A DNA stretch of 64,000 bases from assembly GCF_009914755.1 (NCBI RefSeq), contig NC_060931.1. One strand, written 5' to 3'. A model generated the notes under the pieces. It worked only from the letters and a program-made list of their open reading frames with translations, did no database searches and had not been told where the DNA came from. This DNA is from the human T2T-CHM13v2.0 reference genome, Homo sapiens. Within the stretch, counting starts at the first letter, position 1. The number at the start of each line of letters is the position of its first letter. A program made the translations under genes and the position numbers. Shown piece by piece: positions 55,290-64,000 of this stretch.

Positions 55290-56503
55290 TGTGATACCGT
55301 GAAATACATATTTGGTCTTCAACTCTGTTAAAAGAAAAACTTCAGCTATATTAAATTTAAAGGAATTTAATTGAACAATGAACAATTCGTGAATCCAGCA
55401 GCCCCCAGAATCATGGCAGATTCACTGAGACTCCAGCACAGTCACATGGTAGAAGAAGATTTATAGGCAAAAAAAAAAAAAAAAAAAAAAAGAGGAAACG
55501 ATGTCCAGTACAGAACAGCTGGATTGGTTACAGGTTGGTGTTTGCCTTGTTTGAACACAGTTCAAACACTCATCGGTGTATGAATGGTTGAGGTATGGCT
55601 GCTGGGATTGGCCAAGACTCAGTTATTGTTACAGGCACATACTCCTAAATTAGGTTTTTAATCTTGTCTACCTATTAAGCTAGGTTCCGGTTCATCCACA
55701 AGGACTCAAATACAGAAGTAAGGAGTCCTTCTCAGGTCACATTTAGTTCGCTTTAACAATTCCATTTCACGGCATACAACTCCTAAAATCCTTAGAATCT
55801 CCAAAGTGATGTATTTTTGTATGCTAATGATTGACTGATGGCTAAGCAGCTTCAGGATAGGGGCTGGTCACTGGAAAGATTAAGGCATGATTAGAGGATT
55901 GGAACTTCCAGCCTCCTGGGAGGGGAGAGGAACTGAAGATTAAGCTGATCACTGATGACCAGTGATTTAATCAGCCATTCCTGTGGAATGAAGCTTTCAT
56001 ACAAACCCAAGAGGATTGGGTTCAGGGAGCTTCCAGATACCTGAATAAATGGAGGTTTCTGGAAGGTGGTGCACCCTCTAAGGTTATGAAACTCTACACC
56101 CCTTCCCCAAACCTGGCCCTGTGCAACTCTTTATCTGTATTTTTGGTAACATTCTTTGTAATAGCCAGGAAATGCAAATTTTTTTGCTTCCCTAAGTTCT
56201 GTGAGCTGCTCTAGCAAATTAAACCCAAGGAGAGGTCATGGGAACCATAGCTTGAAGTTAGTCATTCTGGAGGCCCAGAATTGTGACTGGTGAGGGGAGG
56301 GGGCAGCCTTGGGGACTGCACCCCCAACTTGTGAGGAATTGATTTAGAGGACCCCCAGCTGGTGTCTGCTGCAGGATTGATTGATTGCTTGTTGGTGTGG
56401 AAAAGTCTTCCCCTCATTTGGTCACAGAAGTCTTCTGTGTTTGTTATTGTTGTACTTTGAGAGCAGAGAAAAAATACATTGTGGTCATTTTTTTTTCCAC
56501 ACA
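55290..56503 (+). mobile_element. MER21 solo LTR nested in MER44
   Basis: TGTGATACCGTGAAATACATATTTGGTC start, ...CACACA end; 4-bp TSD caga/taga. Confidence 0.8.
55326..55758 (-). mobile_element. MER57 solo LTR nested in MER21
   Basis: Reverse complement begins TGTTAAAGCGAACTAAATGTGACCTGAGAAGGACTCC; 4-bp TSD actc/attc. Confidence 0.85.
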
Positions 56504-59328
56504 TAGAATGGGTAAGGGGGTGTTACTGTGCATGCCTTCTAACTGCTCCTAGTCCATTAGTCCAGAAATCATGCTACGTTTGACACTGTTAGCTTATGAT
56601 ACAGATTTTGTTATTGATACCAGTGAGACTGATAGGGTTGATTTAGGATTATAATTGTACACAGCAGTTCCTTTTAAGGACCACATTTTGATAATTCCCA
56701 TTCTTCCTTGCATTTCATAGATGCAAAGGAGGGGCAGTAAGAGTTCTTAATGCATTAATTTCCTACCAGTAGTATAATTAATATTCTAGTATAATCTCCA
56801 GGTATGGTCCCAAAGGAATACTTTGTAACAAAGCATCAGTCTTATGCCTTTTTAAAAAACAAAGTCTAAAGCATGCAGAAAAGTGTGCACGGTTTTTTAA
56901 AAATAAAGGTAGAGTTTTGCTCTGTTGTCCAGCCCGTTGTCAAACTTCGGGGCTCCTCAAGTGATCCTTCAGCCTCAGCCTACCAGGCACTTTTATGCTT
57001 TAAGTATTCTATGTGTTTCTATTGTTGATTTAAAAGGTATTTTACTTTTTTCTTTAACAGTGGATGGGAGTTCTGAAGACTCTGTAATCAGGTAGGATTT
57101 ACAGATTTTAAATATTTATCTGTTAACTAAGGGAATAGAAGGAAAAGAAACGAACAACTGTTGATTGTTGCACCCCGTTGTGCACTCAAAATGACACATC
57201 ATATTATGTACCTAACTCATTCCATATAGTCATCACAACAGCTTTGCAAAGTGTCTGTGCAATTACAACCTACTTTTTACTAATCAGGCAACTGTGGTTC
57301 AGAGAGGTTAATTGGCCCCTGATCCTATAATTAACAATTAGCTGACTCATAGAACAAGAGTAGAGACCTGATAGACCTGTGTATCTCTGGAATCAAGGTA
57401 CAGGTCCAAATCAGATTAATTCAGAAAGTCACATTTAGTTATACATTAACTCTGATTTACACTTTTCTTTAGAAGTCTGATTAGTGCAAGAGTTTGTCCT
57501 ATATAGTTTTGGCAATTTCAGTGCTAACCAGCAACATGTTTTTACCATCGAAGGTTTTAGGGCAGATCTCATTTAGCTACGGCCACAGAACCTTAGGTTT
57601 TACATAAGCAAGACCGGGCAAGTTTTAGAGACTTATTGGAAGAATTATTTTATTTTAAGTGAAAGATATCTACATATCCATGTTATGTTACATATCCATA
57701 TTTACATATCTGTGTCATGTTAATTATATTTATCGTCTATTTACAGGCTATGTCTAGGTGATTTCTGTACTTAGACTTCCCGGTTTAATTTTCCCATTAG
57801 TTTACTCTGCCTAGTTCCATGAAGCTTTTTTCCCTAGAGATTTTTTTCTTCTTCCATTAGTTTTTATAATCTTCTCTTGAGTTTTTAACTTTCTTCTTCA
57901 CTTTTCTTGGGGTGTCTTTTGTTCTATTATTTTTTCCATTTCTGCCAGCTAAGTGTTCCTTTTTTTTTTTCTGTAGACAGAATCAAAAGCACATAGAATT
58001 TCAGAACTTTAAGGAATCTTAGTGGCTAATCAAAATAACCTCTAGTACTTAAACCTGTGTTTAACATTCTGGTCAAGTGGTTATTCAGATGGAGAACCTG
58101 AAACTTAAGGAGGTTAAAGTGACTTATTTGGATACAGGAAGTGGCGGAAATGAGATTTGAACTCCTTTGAAAGCCCAGTCCTCTCCCTTCTTCATCATCC
58201 TGTCAGTGTGCATTTTAATAATAGAAAGGGAAGGTGGGAGTAGTGAACACAGTGGAAGAGGAAAAGAATGGAATCAACTGATGAACCCAATGGAAGAGGA
58301 TAGGAATGAAAGGAGTAGGGGAAGGCCTAGTTTGAAGAGAACACTGAGGTAGGAACAAGGATTTTAGAAAAGAGGTCAGAATATTGGGGTTTATGACAAG
58401 TCTGATAGATTTTAGAAAGAAAGGGCACAGGATGTTGGGAGTTATCTAGAAAGGCGTATTAAAATAAGAGGTTCAAGGAAGTCGCAAACGAGTGGCTGCT
58501 TTTTTGGTTGTTTAATTGGAGCAGCTGACAAACTTCAGAGTTTCTATTGAATGATGGTAAAAGAATTTGAGTCACTGTGAAGAGTCTGCATAGCAGATAG
58601 GACTGCCGTATCATCTACTTTCATTGCAACTTGCAGAGGAGTGGCTCAGAGCCCCTCAAGTACCAGGGGACTAGAGTTTGCTGTACTTGACAGATCTGTG
58701 GCCCAGGGCAAGTGTCCCCTCACCTCTATTTCTTTTTCCAGTCTACTGACTTTTTCCCATGTCCATGCAGACTAGGGCAGGGGTAGGATTGGCTGTCAAA
58801 TCAGTCATGGAGCTTCAGCTGGGTAGTTGAATCTGTTACCTGCTGGGGACAGATAACAGACTGCATTTAGCTTGTTTTCCGGGAGCAAGGAAATAGCTCC
58901 TACTCTTGGTTATTTGAGCCCATGCTTTTAGGAATTTGTGCTTCCATTGGCTGAAGATTTAAAGGTTGGAGACTGCCATAGAATCTTGCAGAAGAGGAAT
59001 CTAAAAGGAAGGAAGATATTTAGATAGTACTTAATAGTAGTTAGGGACATAGAGCTGTACAACTACCAGGACTGTGTTTTTTCAGCAGTCCCTCTCTTTA
59101 GGTATCTGAGTGCCTATAAAGGTTGTTAAGGGCTTGCTAGTTTATGTGAACCTGAATAGGACAGGACCTATATAGGGAAAATACTAGGATTTTCTAATTT
59201 TTAATGTTTCAATATTTCTGAGAAGAATATTTTAATAACAACATAGACATTTGTCCTCTGACTTTCATATATTTAGCTTTCAATTATTTCAAATGTTTCA
59301 AGGTAAAGGTAAGCACTGAGGCCTTCTT

Positions 59329-59630
59329 TTTTTTTTGGAGACGGAGTATCACTCTGTCGCCCAGGCTAGAGTGCAGTGGCGCGATCTCGGCTCACTGCAA
59401 GCTCCGCCTCCCGCCCAGGCTAGAGTGCAGTGCCGCGATCTCGGCTCACTGCAAGCTCCACTCACTGCAAGCTCCGCCATTCTCCTGCCTCAGCCTCCCG
59501 AGTACGCCCAGCTAATTTTTTGGTATTTTTAGTAGAGACGGGGTTTATCTCGATCTCCTGACCTCGTGATCCACCCGTCTCGGCCTCCCAAGGTGCTGGG
59601 ATTACAGGCGTGAGCCACCGCACCTGGCCC
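59329..59630 (-). mobile_element. Internally rearranged AluY
   Basis: Perfect 16-bp TSD gcactgaggccttctt (59313-59328 / 59631-59646); internal duplications and deletions. Confidence 0.9.
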
Positions 59631-59968
59631 GCACTGAGGCCTTCTTAAGTGATTTCCGTGCTGAAGAACCCAGGCTGCCATTTTTGAGTGACAGAGATTA
59701 GTCTTTGAACCAGAAATAAATGAAGAAGAGGAGACTCTATATTTTTCTACCTTGTTTTAGATTATCAGGTTTGTTCCAGTTCAGGTATTAAAAATTATGT
59801 CAGCAATTAATTGGATTTTCAGCTCAGCCTGTAGGACATACAATTTGTGAAGACAAATTATTCTCAGACTATGCCAGTGTATTGGCTGCCATGATTTGTT
59901 ACGGAACTATGCGTGGGTCTTGACTATTTCATAGGTTGGGAGAGGTGGAAATAGAAATAAGTAACTAA

Positions 59969-60299
<331 letters not shown>

Positions 60300-62763
60300 T
60301 TTAATTTTCTTAAGCAACATTAATATACAGATAGCTAGTCTCTCACCAGATTTGTTTCTATTTCTGTTTTTTTGGAGGTGACACTCAGGTATGGACCTGC
60401 AAATTACTTTCTTAAAGAAATGAACACACTCATTTTTGTTGTATATTTTTGCTCTAAAGGCTTTCCGGCAAACAGGCGATCAATGATTTACAGCCTACAT
60501 CAGCTAAGGAAGACCGTGATTGTGATATCAAGGTAAAGTGCTCACATGTGAAATTAATTTTCTCATTATGAATCTAGTTTTCTATATAATTTACTCTTAA
60601 AATTTAGCAGTGGTCAACCTGTCATTGTTTTATGTTTGTAATGGAAAGTTGGTTACAAAAAAGCATTTTAAAGAAATATGAATAATTGAATTTGTAAAAA
60701 TTGTACTTTGGTAAATAATAGATTGTTAAATACTAAGAGGGTGTGTGGGTGAGAAAAGGAATGTGCTGGAAAATGATTATATTGTGACAGAAAAATTATA
60801 TTTGGCTAAGCTTTCTCACAATACAGGAAATTTGAAATGTGGTCAGGGTTTATTTGGATGAGTATGCTTTCTGTGACTTTTAAATTCATACTAACATGAC
60901 TTTTATAATACTTATGCCTAAATAAATTCTTATCATAGTAATCATGGACTCTCCCTGGTGCGTTTTAGTTCCAAAACTGTACAGCAGATAGCATATAGTT
61001 TCTTTTTTTTTTTTGGACAGTTAATATTTTGGTATCATATACTTCTTAGGATAGCACTCTTTCCCTATTTCTATCCTTGGTTCTGTAATTAGACTAATAC
61101 TAGAAATTGTGAAAATTTAGTTGAGTATTGTGGTACGTGCCTGCAATCTCAGCTACTTGGGGGTTTTAGGTGGGAGGATTTTTTGAGCCAAGGAATTTGA
61201 GACCAAATTGGCCAACATAGCAACACTGCTTCTCTCATATAAAAAAAAATTGTGGAAATTTAGAAATGTAAATTTTCTTTCTCCAAATGTACATTATAAA
61301 GGGATTCCATTGTGTTTTCTAAGTCACTTAATTAAGAACATACTTAAAACTCCTCAAATTGAAGAATTTGGACTAATGGGCTAGGACATGCTTTGCCCAA
61401 AATACCAACCAGTTCTAGCAGCAGAGACTCTTAATAACCATAAGGTAAGGCTTTGATTTCAGAATTTTTTTGCATCATACTTATTAAAGATTTACACTCA
61501 AAATCTTTGTATCACATTTAAAAACTCCAAATGTAAGAAGTCTTTGTATTTAGTTATTTAAATAATCACTTTAAAGCCCCTGCATTAGTATAAGCTACTG
61601 GAGGTTAGGAAACACACCTGTTTATATCCTGGAGTAGCTAGAATAAAGTATTGCCTGTAAGAAGCATTTTAATATTTTGTAATGTGAATACTTGAACAGA
61701 CAAAAGGATTTCTATATAATGGAATGTTACAATTAACATGAGATACATACCTAATAATTAAATCTATGGCATTTCTAAAGTATGGCTTAAATGTATAGTC
61801 CCTTTCAATGTTTAGGATGTATAAATTCAGATGAGTTATATTGGGAAAATATGTCATAAATAAGAAAGAAATATGCCATCAAATAGGAAAGAGGGTTACA
61901 GTATACTTTGCAGTATCGTCCAACTATAAGCTTAGGTTAGGATTTGAGATTTAAAATTTTTAAACTTTTTAAACCCCAACCCATGTTCTACTAAATATAT
62001 CTTTTCAAGCCATAGATTACACTTTAGAATTATGATTACTAATTATTTCTCCAAGTGGAAAGTTTATGGAACATTTCTTTTTCCATTTCTCTCTCCCTCT
62101 CTATAGTAATAATGGTCCATCTTTCAGGTAGTTGTAGATGACCATGTTTAAATACTTGAATGTATTGTTTTATGGTATAAAATTAAGCTCTTAGAGAAAT
62201 ATTTACAGCAAACTAATTGTAGAGTATTATTAGGGATATATTATAAACAAAAATCTCTGTTATATATCTGTATTTCCCCATGTACGTTAGCATACTTGAT
62301 GATTTTCCTTTGGGTCCTGCTTGACAATGATTGATGTATATAAAAACTTTTAAATCATCAATCGGGATAATCATAGCTTTGTTTTTTTGTACTAGATCCT
62401 TTCTCCAACTTTTAACTACCATTCTATATGGTGTCAATGGGAAATTAGAACTATTAGTATGTTTACAGGGGAATGAGAAAACCATTTGATTTTGAAAATA
62501 GGATTTACATTTCTTTCTTACATCGTAGTAGTACCTAAAAATGCCTCATAATTCTATAATGACAAAAGCTTTTCTTACAATGTAAAACTTTAAAAATTAA
62601 TTTTTAAAAAGGAGTGTTCTTGCAGAATTTTGAATTGAGGTCTTAGAATGAAATCTTTTCATTCAATATAAAATGTATATGACCATAATATTCCAAAAAT
62701 ATTAGCATATATTAAAACAAGTATATTTTATATCCTTGAAACAAATGTTGAAATATGTAATTG

Positions 62764-63170
62764 AGAGGGCGGCGGCGGCGGCGGCGGCGCTGGAGGCGCA
62801 GAGGGCGGCGCAGGCGGAGCCGGGCGGGCGCGCGAGCGAGCGGAGAGCGGGCGGCCGTGCGGGCGGCGGCGGCACCCCCAGGCCGAGCCGGCGCCGAAGG
62901 AGTTCCAGGGCGATGGGGCCGCGGCCCGGGCTGACGCTTTGACAGCTGGAAAGAGCGCGGAGCCAGCGCCTGGTGGGGAGGGAGGGGAGCGCGGCGAGGA
63001 GAGCGCCAGCGAGCGAGAGAGCGAGCGAGCGCCGGGGAGGGGGCCGGGAGCGAGGAGCAGCGCGGGAGAGCCGGAGCGGTAGCGGCGGCGGCGGCGAGGC
63101 TCGGCGCCCTCTTCCCTGCAAACCATGTTTGCCAAAGGCAGAGGCTCGGCGGTGCCCTCGGATGGGCAGG
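62764..63170 (+). promoter_or_regulatory. CpG-island-like segment (retroposed SSBP3 5' UTR) embedded in AT-rich DNA
   Basis: Abrupt switch to very GC/CpG-rich sequence with (GGC)n runs and GC boxes (gggcgg); regulatory activity is unproven. Confidence 0.6.
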
Positions 63171-64000
63171 CTTGGGAAAAGTTAGCTTCATACGTCTACG
63201 AATATTTACTGCACGTAAGAGTACAGAAATCTGCAGAGACCTTCTTGTCGGAGATTCGATGGGAAAAAAACATCACGTTGGGAGAACCGCCTGGGTTTTT
63301 GCACTCGTGGTGGTGTGTATTTGGGGACCTTTACTGTGCAGCTCCTCAAAGGAGAGACACTTGTGAACATTCAAGTGAAGCAAAAGCCTTTCATGATTAT
63401 AGTGCAGCAGCTGCCCCGAGCCCCGTGCTTGGCAACATTCCCCCCAACGATGGGATGCCGGGAGGCCCCATCCCGCCAGGTTTCTTTCAGGGTCCTCCGG
63501 GGTCACAGCCCTCGCCGCACGCACAGCCTCCACCTCACAATCCTAGCAGCATGATGGGACCCCACAGTCAGCCTTTTATGTCACCGCGATACGTAGGCGG
63601 CCCCGGGCCCCCGATCAGAATGGGAAACCAGCCTCCGGGAGGAGTTCTTGGGACACAGCCATTGCTGCCCAATTCTATGGATCCCACACGACAACAAGGC
63701 CACCCCAACATGGGAGGATCAATGCAGAGAATGAACCCTCCCCGAGGCATGGGGCCCATGGGTCCCGGCCCACAGAATTACGGCAGCGGCATGAGACCAC
63801 CACCCAACTCCCTCGGCCCGCCATGCCCGGGATTAACATGGGCCCGGGAGCTGGCAGACCCTGGCCCAATCCTAACAGTGCTAACTCAATTCCATATTCC
63901 TCCTCATCACCTGGTACCTATGTGGGACCCCCGGTGGTGGCGGCCCTCCAGGAACACCCATTATGCCCAGTCCCGCAGATTCAACAAATTCCAGTGACAA
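62764..64000 (+). pseudogene. SSBP3P: Processed SSBP3 (SSDP1) pseudogene, full-length isoform; runs off the window end
   Basis: Intronless ORF 63125..63997 [30 protein letters not shown]...FLHSWWCVF (LUFS/LisH domain); matches SSBP3 to residue ~232, then a 1-bp deletion (~63818) and a second (~63931). Confidence 0.95.

Larger units (their letters stand above)
54652..56529 (-). mobile_element. MER44/Tigger7 DNA transposon, split by nested LTRs at 55290-56503
   Basis: TIR-like ends cagttgtcttcccttatcc and taagggggtgttactg; internal ggtaactgaaaccacagaaagcaaaacc. Confidence 0.75.

Noticed and set aside
62702-63191. Ala/Arg/Pro-rich ORFs on both strands
   Set aside because: Translations of the GC-rich SSBP3 5' UTR.
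63125-63997. Calling this the functional SSBP3 gene
   Set aside because: Intronless, two frameshifts, and substitutions at conserved LUFS residues.

Overview
Primate, very probably human, genomic DNA: a copy carrying all five AluYa5 diagnostics is present. The window is a mosaic of segmental-duplication blocks with no intact canonical protein-coding gene. Positions 1-21.3 kb hold an old, Alu-dense ~11.7-kb tandem duplication carrying candidate exons of a + strand lncRNA of the LINC00265/LOC729737-type family. Positions 21.3-24.1 kb are a degenerate 31-32-bp GC-rich tandem repeat containing an inverted repeat and long ORFs. Positions 24.2-28.1 kb are a rearranged processed capicua (CIC-S) pseudogene on the - strand. 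Positions 28-45 kb are mostly repeats (Alu cluster, a consensus-identical AluY, a MER9/HML-3 solo LTR) plus an orphan 3'-UTR-like fragment. Positions 45.7-62.7 kb are an AT-rich unprocessed ANKRD26/POTE-family pseudogene fragment with 4 recognisable exons, followed by a processed SSBP3 retrocopy (62.76 kb to the window end) that keeps its GC-rich 5' UTR and a 290-codon ORF. From memory the arrangement best fits 7p14 near LINC00265/CICP22, but the paralogue identity is not verifiable from sequence alone. All family assignments come from recalled consensus or protein sequences, not searches. I see no clearly new molecular system. The best leads are a MER1A-derived spliced ATG that opens a 404-aa repeat-encoded ORF, a fold-back hairpin in the same terminal exon, a deletion/inversion/duplication that scrambles the CIC C1 domain, and the partly open SSBP3 retrocopy.
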